Source of the DNA: Tubulanus polymorphus
Lineage: Eukaryota > Animalia > Nemertea
DNA: 64,000 bases
Assembly: GCF_964204645.1 (NCBI RefSeq)
Contig: NC_134027.1
Span: 14,416,485 to 14,480,484 of the forward strand
Direction of reading: 5' to 3'
The notes under the pieces were generated by a model, which was given only the letters and a program-made list of their open reading frames with translations, ran no database searches and was not told the DNA's origin. A program made the position numbers and the translations under genes. Shown piece after piece: positions 13,239 to 25,040 of the stretch (its first letter is position 1; every line of letters begins with the position of its first letter).

Positions 13239-14571
13239 ATGGATGAGAAGATAGCATGTGAAATTTGTGGTGAACTTCTAAGAAAAAGTAATATGGCTCG
13301 ACACATGAAAAAACATGATGAAAATTATAAACCCCCTAAACTAAACTGCCCAAATCGTAATAAATTATTCTCAAGAAATTATGTTAAAAAACATTCAGAG
13401 AAGTGTAAAATTAATGGCGCAACGGCTAATGTTGATAGTAATGAAAGTAATAGTAATTCTGTTGAAGTTGAACCTGAAATTATTTGGAAAAGACCTTTCT
13501 TATTCTATGACAAGGATAATATAAAAGATCATTTCTGCGAGCCTTGTCGAATAAAATATAACCCTGAAAATATAGAAGATTGGGAGAATCATCAATTTCG
13601 TAAAGTACATATAGATGAAATTTCTAATAAATTTGAAACTGAATTCAATGAAAGAAAAAATAGTTTATTAGAAAAAATAAAATATGAGAAAACGTTACCA
13701 GATAATAAAGAAACAGTTGAAAAGTTCAAAAAAACAATATAATGAATCAACAAGAAAAACATATTATTGTAAATATTGTAAATTGATTATTACAACAAGT
13801 AATTCAAATCTACATAATAGAACAATAAAACATAAAGAAAACGTAAGAAAATACCAGGAGCTTAATGAAGATCTATTACCAATAAATTATAAACGAAAAT
13901 GTCCACAATGTAGTTATGCGACCTTAAGACAAGAAGGTACTGTGTTATTTTGTGTTGATTGTGGATGGCAAAAGAATTTATGGGGTGAAGAAAAAACTAG
14001 AAATTTTCTCATAGATCCAAAATTAAATTATCTAGATGAAATTTTTAAAATATTTTCTATAGAAGATCATACACCAGAATATATGCAATGGCTTGAAAAA
14101 ATGAAAATAATAGAAAATAAAAATGGTGAAATAACTAAAAAAGATATTATAAAAACAATTATTCCGTCAACATTTAACACAAAACAAAAGAAAATGTATT
14201 TATATTTATTATTTAACGATTATTATGAAAAACCTAAATTAACAGAAGAAGATATGGAAAATATAAAAAAAATATTCAAACAAATATTAATGTATCATTT
14301 GGAAAATAGAATAACAGATTCAATTAATTATGAATTCTTTTTAAATAAGATTGTAAATTATTTAAACATCGATATTATAATTCCATTTGACGAATTAACA
14401 AACAAAAAGAAACAATGAGAGCGAGATGAAATGTGGAACAAGATAGAACTTTATTTAAATGAGAAAAATGAAATGGAAGAAGAACCTAAACAAATTATAC
14501 AAGAACAATTAAATGAAAATGAAGAAGCCAATAGTGATTTCGAGTATGATGATATTGATGTTATGTTTTAA
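13239..14571 (+). pseudogene. Multi-Zn-finger protein fused to a poxvirus VLTF-3 (A2L)-like domain (one frameshift near 13740, one stop at 14416)
   Basis: C2H2-type fingers, then CPQC-x13-CVDC, NF...KL..L and IFKQILMYHLEN..SINYEFFLNKI..W; frame continues past the TGA to a TAA at 14569-14571. Confidence 0.65.
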
Positions 14572-15023
14572 TGGCCATAAGGTAATGTTTTTATACCATC
14601 ATCTGAAATATGTCTTTGATCATCAAATGGATTTAAACTAGTTTTTTTAACTTCATTAATGTACATCTCATGATCTTCTGATCTTAAACAATTCATTTTA
14701 TGTTTCATTACAATTGAGTAATATAAACACTTTATATAATCTTGAAATTCTATGTGTTTATCAGCCACATGTTTTGTTATTCCTTTTACCTTTTTAGCTT
14801 CATGATCTTTTGTTCTATAACTATACATTTTACTTCTTATCCCAACAAATTCAATCATTTCATCACCCCCTAGTTCATCTTTAAATTTACCAGGAATCTT
14901 TTTATTATCATTGCTAAATAGTTCATGATCTTTGGGATAATTGCTAAAATCAAAATGATGTTTTAATGTTTTTAAGTCTTTTGTTATGTCATTTGTCTTG
15001 ATTTTTAGTATGTGGGCGTCAGT

Positions 15024-16083
15024 ATTTTTGGCTATTAATGGAAATCCACAGTTAAATGTATCATCTTCAGTTGATAAATCATAAACATAATCTGTTGGGT
15101 TATATATTTCAAATAAATCTTTAACTTCTTCTGTTAACTCATTTTCTACATGGCTTAAATTAAAGCAATTTGGTTTAGATATAATCAATCCAATATTCAT
15201 ATTAAAACCTAATGAATTGCATAATATATTCAATCCTGATATAGCAACTTTTCCTTTTTGAGCTAAAGATATTGTTTTGCGATTTTTGAAACTTTTAGTA
15301 CCATCTGCTGCGTAGAATCCAATGAAGAACCATTTTCTTAAATTATTTTTTACATTTAATACATAATCTGGAACTATCTTTTCTTTAGTTGAAGTATTAC
15401 TTTTCACTATTGTATGAATATAGAATTCGCCATTATATTTTATAGCAAAATCTTTAGGATTATTCACATGTATTCTATAACATTGCGATAATTTCATAAC
15501 ATCTATGATTTTGAATGTTTTATGTGAATAAACTTCTTCACAGAATTTCTTTATTCTTTCTAATAATTTCAAATCTTGATTGCATAAATACCAGCAATAT
15601 TGAGTGCGATTAACATAATTATACACACCTGCTGAACCATCACCCATGAAAAATCCTTTGATAAATTATTCTTTTTCTTCTAATGTTTCGGGTTCTATAT
15701 TATAAATATTATCAATTATTTCATCAAATGACATAGGATTCATTCTTTGGAAAAATCTTTTATGTAATAATTCATCTCCAATTCTTATATCAGTTGGTTT
15801 TATTTCATCACCATTTCGTTTAATTAAACTATGATCTTCTGTAACATCTACAAATCCTAATTTAGTTCTAACTCTATAGATTTTCTTATTTGTTTTATGT
15901 CTAATAATATTCTCTTTTCCATCCATTTCTTGTCCAAACATCCATTAATCCATTTATTTGTATTAATTCTTTTTCACCATATGAAATATAACATTCATTT
16001 TGTTTTGGAATTATTTCTGAAATTCTTCTTATCAATATTTTATCATTACATTTTAATAATATTGGGGTGTCAGCTGTTACAGA
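15024..16083 (-). mobile_element. Intein with LAGLIDADG homing endonuclease in pPolB motif C
   Basis: YFD|SVTADTPILL (block A), VDVTEDHSL (block B), FIKGFFMGDG and FFIGFYAADG (LAGLIDADG), YVYDLSTE (block F), LIAKN|TD (block G, +1 Thr); 1060 nt with one frameshift and one stop. Confidence 0.93.
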
Positions 16084-16658
16084 ATCAAAATATAATATTT
16101 CAATATGCTTTTCCCCAATAAGTGGTTGTAAAACATTATAATAAAAATCATACATTAATAATTTTGATACTTCTAAAACAGTTGAACCAATAAATATAGG
16201 TTTATTAAATTTCATTGACGTTCTTTTTAATTTAACTGCTGTTAAATAATCTTCAAATCTTTTATTTCCTAAATGTCTAGGACTTGATTGTAAATGTCTT
16301 AATCTTTCAGAATTATTTACTAATTCAATATCATTTCTATTTCTAATATTTTAACATGTTTTACCATAAAAACTGTTATTCATTAATTTGAATAAATCTT
16401 TTTCAAAATCTGTTTTTGATATTGTTCTCTGTTGAGTATTAAAATCTATATATTTTTCTAACCACTTCGATTGATTAAATTCAATATATCTATGTACTTT
16501 CTTTAATTTCATTCCTTGTTTTAGATACAATTTTAACATTCTGTAATGAACAATATAATTGTATTTATTATTTTGAGTAAGTATTAATTTTTCTGTAAAA
16601 ACATGATCTTTCGGTTTTATTTTCTTTTGGTATTCACTTAAATAACTATCATCTACAC

Positions 16659-17706
16659 TTAAATGTTCTGGGCAATAAGGTAAGTTTCTTGTTTTAAACT
16701 TTATATTTTCAGGATATTCTAAATCAACTACAAAGAAATGACCAATTGGTGCTTCATCTTTTAAACTCGCAATTGCGCTTTCCCAATCAGTTTTATCACC
16801 ATTTTCAACTTCTGTTAATATAAAATTTTTATATGGTTGAGGTTGCATCATTGCCTAACCATATAAATTATTGGCGTCAATATATAATAATTTATATTCA
16901 TCATTTGCTTTAAAATACCTTTACTTCTTATCCCAACAAATTCAATCATTTCATCACCCCCTAGTTCATCTTTAAATTTACCAGGAATCTTTTTATTATC
17001 ATTGCTAAATAGTTCATGATCTTTGGGATAATTGCTAAAATCAAAATGATGTTTTAATGTTTTTAAGTCTTTTGTTATGTCATTTGTCTTGATTTTTAGT
17101 ATGTGGGCGTCAGTATTTTTGGCTATTAATGGAAATCCACAGTTAAATGTATCATCTTCAGTTGATAAATCATAAACATAATCTGTTGGGTTATATATTT
17201 CAAATAAATCTTTAACTTCTTCTGTTAACTCATTTTCTACATGGCTTAAATTAAAGCAATTTGGTTTAGATTTAATCAATCCAATATTCATATTAAAACC
17301 TAACGAATTGCATAATATATTCAATCCTGATATAGCAACTTTTCCTTTTTGAGCTAAAGATATTGTTTTGCGATTTTTGAAACTTTTAGTACCATCTGCT
17401 GCGTAGAATCCAATGAAGAACCATTTTCTTAAATTATTTTTTATCTGCAGTTAAATGTTCTGGGCAATAAGGTAAGTTTCTTGTTTTAAACTTTATATTT
17501 TCAGGATATTCTAAATCAACTACAAAGAAATAACCAATTGGTGCTTCATCTTTTAAACTCGCAATTGCGCTTTCCCAATCAGTTTTATCACCATTTTCAA
17601 CTTCTGTTAATATAAAATTTTTATATGGTTGCATCATTGCCCAACCATATAAATTATTGGCGTCAATATATAATAATTTATATTCATCATTTGCTTTAAA
17701 ATACCT
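16659..17706. repeat. Internal segmental duplications in pPolB
   Basis: 16920-17443 duplicates 14829-15352; 17451-17706 duplicates 16659-16920. Confidence 0.85.
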
Positions 17707-17986
17707 ATCTCCCATAACACCACTAATTCCACCTCTAATTGTTTTTTCAAATAATAAAACCATATCTGGTTCTTTTAATAAATCTAATTCTACATTTGTA
17801 TATTTTAAACCACATTGCCAGGTTAAACCAGGACTAGAGTAGCAATAACAAGGATCAACATAATTCCCTTCTTTCTAAGTATATTACTTCATGCCTTGCC
17901 AAACGCTAATTATTTACTCACTCACCAATTTACTCAATTAACCTGTCCTCCTCTGTATATTTACCCCTGTTTTTAGTCTATTTCTC

Positions 17987-18028
17987 ACACCTGACGATGA
18001 TCTCTAGGGTGAGATCGAAACCTCGTGT
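17987..18028 (+). ncRNA. Minimal hammerhead ribozyme (Penelope-like element type)
   Basis: ACAC-CTGACGA-T-GATCTC-TAGGGT-GAGATC-GAAA-CC-TC-GTGT: core, 6-bp stem II and 4-bp stem I; AATAAA downstream. Confidence 0.7.
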
Positions 18029-19961
18029 CTTTTATATATTTTAGATTTAATAAATAAATTCTGGTTTTTAAATTCTTTTAATCTGTAAATAGTGGGATTT
18101 TATCTTATTATCCGTTCACCACGTTTGAGTGTGGTCATCGTTCTATCTAGTTGTGAGTATTCATTATTACATATTTATACAAAATCACATAAAATTTTGA
18201 TAATTGACAGACATTTTTTTATCTACTTGCAGCATACTGACAGAAGACTACAAACAGAGTGGGAACCAATAAGACTTATCACGCTGTTAACTCTTCTTCT
18301 GAACCGTATCTGAACCGTATCGTGTGATTATAAGACCCTAGGGTGGGACTCCCTTTTGATGTGTTGATTCAACTAAACCACGGTTAACTCGACACTTTGG
18401 GGATTGTGATAAAAGTGACGACTTATCCAGATGACTACTTACACTTGGCAGATTTGATTATAAATACATATTAGAAATACAGATTGTGACTTGAGTATTT
18501 ATGTTTCAAACATCACTTTGACTTATCATATGAGCACTTAACCAAATTTGACTTTGGATTGATATCCTTGTACATCTCTGGAGTTATAAACATAATGATT
18601 ATCAAACTGTAATCTTGGTTGATGCTTTATTATTACGTTTATAATTAATAATATGATTAATTTGTGGACTGGTATGATAATGATGAACTTTTAATTAGTA
18701 TCTGGTTAACGTTAAAATATGAGGCTATGTAGCTGGTAGATGTGTATATAGCAGTATACAGCATGTATCATCCAACTGCCTTATGTATAGATTGAATATG
18801 TGATTGAAAAATGAAAATAAAGCTTGAATAATAATAAAGTCTTTGTATGGAAATTTTCGTTTTATCTATCTGATTCCAATGTGGATTTTGTTTCTAAGGA
18901 AATGGAGATTGCAGGTGATCCCAGCCCTTCAAACATTCGATATTTATTACATTTGATCTCGCATAACAATTTTATACGATGGAATATTATCAAAATGAAA
19001 CTACGAAGTTTCGGCTGTTGACTCATCGGCGAAAACTCCAGACCAGACTTGCAGGATATAGAGGCCATTTTGTCCCATACCATATAAATTCGTCTACAGA
19101 CCTACGGTAATCAATGCAGGTACTAGAGCTGCCAGTAGCCGATGCCTGAATGTGGCCCTGCTTTAAAATCATTGAATTTCCCAAAATACTTCCATCTAAC
19201 AATTTTAATAAAAAAATGCACATTTTTATTACATATATTAATAAATATTTGTCAAAAACATATTGTGTAATTTTTATCTAATTATGATTATTGACGTCAG
19301 GGGAATTTTTGTGAACTGAGTTCAGGTTTGAAATTTCGAAAAGATAAAAATTGTAGAGAATTTACTCAACCAAAAAGTTCAAACAGACCTTTGGCTGGCC
19401 CATCAAGTACCGGTGCAATAAAATGCAACGTTTAGCAACACTTACTTGTCGGGATCACTGGGGATAAGGCCATAAGGGTTATCGCTGTAAACATGGCAGA
19501 AAAGATTCATGCGTCTTTTAAATGAATTTGAAAAAAGCGCCTAGATCGTGATAAACCCCACTCGATATAATCGTGATCGACTTGAAGAAATGACAAGTTG
19601 TTTTTGGAGAAATAAAAAGATATTGCATTTGCAGCATATTGAACATAAACAAATTGACAATTTTTATGGTTTTATGAGAGTGTTGGTTATTCAAATAAAA
19701 TGGTCACTTGGAAATACAATGAAAGATCACCAAATTTTTGGAAGAAAGTACCCTTTTCAAAGCGCTCTTTCGAATTGTGCACTGGCAAAACTAGGCGCTG
19801 GGAACCTCGATCCTGGCGACATGGTAGGGAGGTCAAGTAGAATTGTTGCTAAAAGGTGTTTTTTATGATCTTTAGCAATGTGAAGACATTTCTATGGTAT
19901 AAGCAGCAATTTGTTCTTTTTAGTGCACATTCATAAATGAAACGGATCCACCTGTTCTATG

Positions 19962-20135
19962 CACAGGGGCTCGTATCAGAGTTATAGGTAATGAAAAAAC
20001 GATAATCTGTTAATCCAATGTATATAGTATAAATAAAATAATATAATATATAAAGTTATTTTATATATACTATATACATTGCATTAACAGATTATCGTTT
20101 TTACATTACCTACAACTCTGATACGAGCCCCTGTG
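19962..20135. mobile_element. Hairpin MITE with 8-bp TSD (P/hAT-like)
   Basis: ~70-bp inverted arms beginning CACAGGGGCTCGTATCAGAG; TSD GTTCTATG at 19954-19961 and 20136-20143. Confidence 0.9.
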
Positions 20136-20214
20136 GTTCTATGGTTTGAATTAAGCTACTAGCAATTATCTGAATTTCAGATAATCGCTCGTAGATTCGT
20201 AGAAGTACGTGAAT

Positions 20215-21180
20215 AATATGAATAAATTGACCTTAAAATTGTATCTACTTGCACTCCAAATCAAAATGTAGGGGGTTACCTACTTTGAAGAATTGGGGTT
20301 TTTCACCGAGGGGACATTACCTATAGGGGATCTTTAACTAGGTGATTTTTTTACCCCTAACCCTTTTAATTAACTAGTGATTTAAAGAATTGTAGACTGA
20401 GTTTAGATAACCGAATTAAATACATCGATTCGTAATATCAATATATAGTCGCCGAGTAATTATTCGTTATCACCTGGTACGCTTTTCGTGATCATATTGT
20501 GTACGTACGTAATTGAAGGAATTACGGGGTCATCTAGATTTAATAAGGTTCAATGTATAATGGCTTGTAAGCTCTGGTTAGCGGTAAAAATCCCCTAGGT
20601 AAAAATCCCCAATTCTTCAGAGTAGGTAAAAATCCCCCTCCTTTTGAATGAAGTGATACAATTTAAGGTCAATTAATTCGGATATATCCAATTTATTTAT
20701 ATTTTACCGTGGAAAACCATATGGATATCACGAGCGTACAAACTATAGTATACACTAATTGCATTAAAACTTACTACAAATTAACAGTTCATTAATGCCA
20801 AATTAGTACTTAAAGTTATAGCAGTTAATGAAAGGGTTCATCGCGCATTTAAAATTTATCGTACTAGCTTGAATCACAGTTCAAAAATATTCCATTCCAG
20901 TTCGAATTGTACGATATAAAAAAATAATAAGTTCATTATTCTTATTAATTCTAACAATTTATCTTGTTCTAAGAGTTATCTTAAGAATTCACCCCGACGA
21001 AAGGTTTCATTGCGCAGTTCAAACATATTTCGATCTCATTGCAAATGAATAAAATTTCAGAAACATTTTGCTTTGAAATGTTCTTGAACATCATTGAAAA
21101 GTGGGGAATTTTACCTACTTTGAATATTTGGGGATTTTTACCTAGATGATTTTTACAGAGGGGGCTTTTAACTACAACCA
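20215..21180. repeat. Nested degenerate MITE-like inverted repeats (GGTAAAAATCCCC motif family)
   Basis: Related motifs in alternating orientation at ~20260-20360, 20580-20680 and 21100-21180. Confidence 0.5.
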
Positions 21181-21690
21181 TTAGCTCTTTGCCTATGCTT
21201 ACTTTGAATTACGACAAATTTCAATCGAACTGTTTTCCGCTTGCTGCTTTCAAGTTTTTAATTTCTCACCAATATCCTTTGTTTCGTCCTTGTTTAAATA
21301 CATCTCTCTTGCATTCTTTATTCTGTACTCAGTAACTCAGTATGCCTGATGAGAATACAGGTTATAATGTCAGAAAAAATGAGGTAAAAATACCACGGCG
21401 AACGTATGGCGAATGCCTTGGCTATTTTTCTACAGTCAAGTAGTAATGGCTTGCCAATGTTATAAATGACAGTGGTAAAAGTGCCAGAATGACGATACCG
21501 GTATCCGTTTATTCATATTCAAAATTATAACAACAAACACATGATTTTAAGCCAGTGCTTTCAACGAAACATTTGATTCGAATAACTAACAAACTAGTGT
21601 ATCAAATCTCCATGCACTATTCGGTTATATGTTAATTTGATATTTCATGTATAAATTACATAAAGACTAGCTCATTGTGGGTATTCTTTC

Positions 21691-22409
21691 GGGTCCTGCT
21701 AAAGTACGAAACTACGAAATTACGAAATATGGAGCGAAATTACGAAACGAAACGAAATTACGAAATTGCGAAACTACGAAATTAAGAAACGATGTGATGA
21801 TACGACTAATTCGATGACGACTTATGCGGGGTTGAATGTAGCAGAAAGGAAAGGCAAGCGCTTCACGCGACACCGAGCTCGTAACCGCGATAGGATTATC
21901 CCGTTCTTGGACACGGGCCGACATATCTGAACCTGTCTAGTATCGATCATTTTGCTCAAAAAAAGTAATGTACAGGGTAGATTAGCGACCGGTCGGGTCA
22001 ACTTTTGGGCTCCTCAGCAGAGGAGAAACGAGGTATCAATTTTTTAGCCTAAACACTGCAGGATATAAGGCACACTTCGTTCCCTAACCCGTAATTTATT
22101 AATCGCTACCTTCCAGTTGTATATGAGCATGCGCAGATCATTCTCCCTGATGGCATCGCTAAACTCAGTCGCGGCACGGAACCCTGCCACACTAGACCGG
22201 GTGCGCATGTTTAAGCCAGCTCCACGAATCCGCTGCTATAGCGCAAAAAATTACAAAGTTTTCGTTTCGTATTGCATTTTATACTTTGGCAGGACCCGCG
22301 AAAAAATGACCATTTCGTTTCGTAGTTTAGCATTTCGTATAGTATTTCGTTTCGTACTTTAGCATTTCTTAATTTCGTAATTTCGTAGTTTCGTACTTTA
22401 GAAGTACCC
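21691..22409. mobile_element. Non-autonomous MULE/Foldback-like DNA transposon with 9-bp TSD
   Basis: GGGT..CTAAAGTACGAAACTACGAAATTACGAAA TIRs built of tandem TACGAAA units; TSD TATTCTTTC at 21682-21690 and 22410-22418. Confidence 0.88.
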
Positions 22410-24742
22410 TATTCTTTCGAATATACATACAACGTGCATAGATATTTTTTATCTCCTACGCCTATAAGCGTAGCTAGGGCAATCTTTGAAAATTGTGAAA
22501 TTTAAGTTATTCACTTATCCCCAACAAATCGCACAGCTTTTCCTCGAATTTCTAGATGATTATTCCTAGTGGGGATGCTCTTGAAACGATAGTTCTTTTG
22601 GCAGTCTATACACCATGTTCCATTTGCTTATTGCCAAGTTCCAGATCCAGAACGTATTTTTTACAACAAACATGAGAGAACTTAATTGACAGGAATCGTA
22701 TAGAGGAATTGCAACGATCTGTATGCAATCTTTGCTCGTCAGCAACGTACGTAGCCTTGTTACAAAGAATGGCATAAAAACAATTGAAACAAAACTTAAT
22801 TAATACAAAATACCTTTATTTATGTCATTCATAAATGCACTACAAATGATTCGTCTAGAAAATATAAGTAGTGTAATTCAAAAAATAACTAAATTGCTAT
22901 GCATACTGGAAAGACGACCGTGCTTGTGAAACGTAGCATGCATAGTGTGAGCATATTACAAATATTAAGCAACACTTAATTTCACATATATTCTTTATTG
23001 TAAATGCATGTGTCAATCTGATAATATCAGTTTTTCATCGATGCGAAGTTTAGATGGCAGACAGAAAGGCAGACTTTATTTTACTTTGATTATTTATCGG
23101 CAAACACGTTGTTTTGTCTCAATTTTCAGGAAAATCAGTCGAATTTAAACTGTGAATTACTGTGAGCACCTGTGTATCTACCATCTTGCTCAATTGATAT
23201 TTATCAGTATTATCATTAAACAAACTTATCAATTATAACAATCTGGCGGTTTGACGATACACTCAAACAAGGTAGTAATAGCGTGCAGTAATCGACGAGT
23301 AATAGCGATCGATTGCACGAATAGTTTGTATTTAATTAAATATTAGGCCATCTGACACCAGCATAGCCCAAGGGTAGATATATAGTCGCAGTGACTCAGA
23401 AAGTTATTCAGATTTTAAAACTCTCGATACATATACACATGAATTTTATATATCTTACTCTTTCTATTCGCTGATATTTACAGGTAAGTATTTTAAGTAT
23501 TTAATCTATTTCATTCAGCCAAATTTAGTGTAAGCATTTGACTAGGCCCAAGTTTTCATACTACGCATATCAAATATTTTGATTTCATGCATCTAAGCCT
23601 AAATGAATTAGACTTTTTATTGAGTTATATGATATGTAGACTAGTTAATTTCAGATCTATTCGAAAACGGTGCTAGATATGTAGTTATAAGTATGAACTA
23701 ATTTAATATGTTATTGAGCATTTTGACATTTGATAAAAATAGGATAAAAGATATGGCCAGTACATCTATGCATGTGTCTGAATTATGCTCTATTATCATA
23801 TCAAATATATCAGTAAACATACAAATGCATATTACATCTAAACGACCACCAAATTAATATAATAACCATATGTATAATCTCTTTTAAAATGAACATGTCA
23901 ATTTTACAAGATTCTAATTCTACATCCCTCTGTGTTGACATTAAAAAATATATACGCAGGAATATTTTATACATGTACCTCTTTCTATCCACTGATATTT
24001 AGTTCTCTCGAAGCTTATAAAAGACAAAACACAACGGACGTTTGTTTTGTTAAAAATCACATAAACATTTGATAAAATTTTCCTAACCCAATACCTACTC
24101 TACGTACATTATTTGAATGTTTTCGTTTTCACCAAACAATGAAAAAGAATATGAAAAACATCAGTGATATGTGATTGTCAGAACAGTTCAACATACTTAA
24201 TATACCAATACAAAATTACTTTGTTTCAGTATCAATGAATTATAATATACAACGTACATTGCCACGTATACGAAAAATATTTTGCTCTATAGAAGAGACT
24301 GTAAAACACAAAGTCAATTACGAAAAGCATGGATGGAACATACACTTCAATCATGTAACAGTGGAACCTCGTAATAACGACTATAGATATGGCAATTGAT
24401 CAGCTTTCAGTGTCTTCGTCACTTTCACTTCCCAAAAGAGCATCGGCCAAGCGTTCTTCTGCTAGTTCATGTGATGTTTGATGGACCTCCATATATATCT
24501 TTATCAGTGTTTCTGGCGACAAAACTCGAAACACGTAATTAATCCATGTACTGAAAATATAATTCAAAAGTTTGGTGACGTCGGGGCTAACAAAGTGTTA
24601 AGAGACAACACGCACATTCGGTGAAATGCTTGGCAATCAGACAATTTCAATATTCAATGCCCCCTGTGAACAAATTAAGGAATCAATGACATTAAAAATG
24701 CAGTACATACAAAATATAACAATATATGCAGGTACATCTACA

Positions 24743-25040
24743 TCCTCCTACTGCAGGGATTCGAACCCGATGGTATCGCTTCACTCAGCCACACGCCACG
24801 AACCCCTGCCCGACTTGACCGGGTGCGCAGCTTTGCCACGCGAAAACTTACGGCACCAATCAGATTGCTTGTTGTAGAATCGCGGAGGTAAATTTCACGG
24901 AACAACTAAGAATCGGAAAACCCGGTATCTGATTTGCTAATAATGTCATCATCTAAGCTGCGCGTGTAGCTGCGCACTCGGTCTAGTGTGGCAGGGTTTT
25001 GTGCTGATGCCATCGGGTACGAACCCTGCCGGGGGAGGAT
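24743..25040. mobile_element. ~290-bp MITE family member
   Basis: GCAGGG..TTCG..CCCGATGG inverted ends; related to 46851-47146 and a fragment at ~22145-22210. Confidence 0.55.

Larger units (their letters stand above)
2927..17860 (-). mobile_element. Polinton/Maverick-like endogenous virus, copy 1 (one TIR; truncated within pPolB)
   Basis: Terminus AGTAATTGGGAAAGTAGGCTTTCATACCAG matches the copy 2 TIR; ATPase, integrase, MCP, minor capsid and pPolB genes; many frameshifts and stops. Confidence 0.93.
14568..17860 (-). pseudogene. Protein-primed family B DNA polymerase (C-terminal part), intein-containing and rearranged
   Basis: YSSPGLTW, IRGGISG, LYIDANNLYGWAM, KLMNNSFYGKT, YFD|TD, KIPGKFKDE, RSKMYSY, SLNPFDD. 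Confidence 0.93.

Noticed and set aside
21345-21380. CTGATGAG hammerhead-like core
   Set aside because: No stem II or properly placed GAAA.
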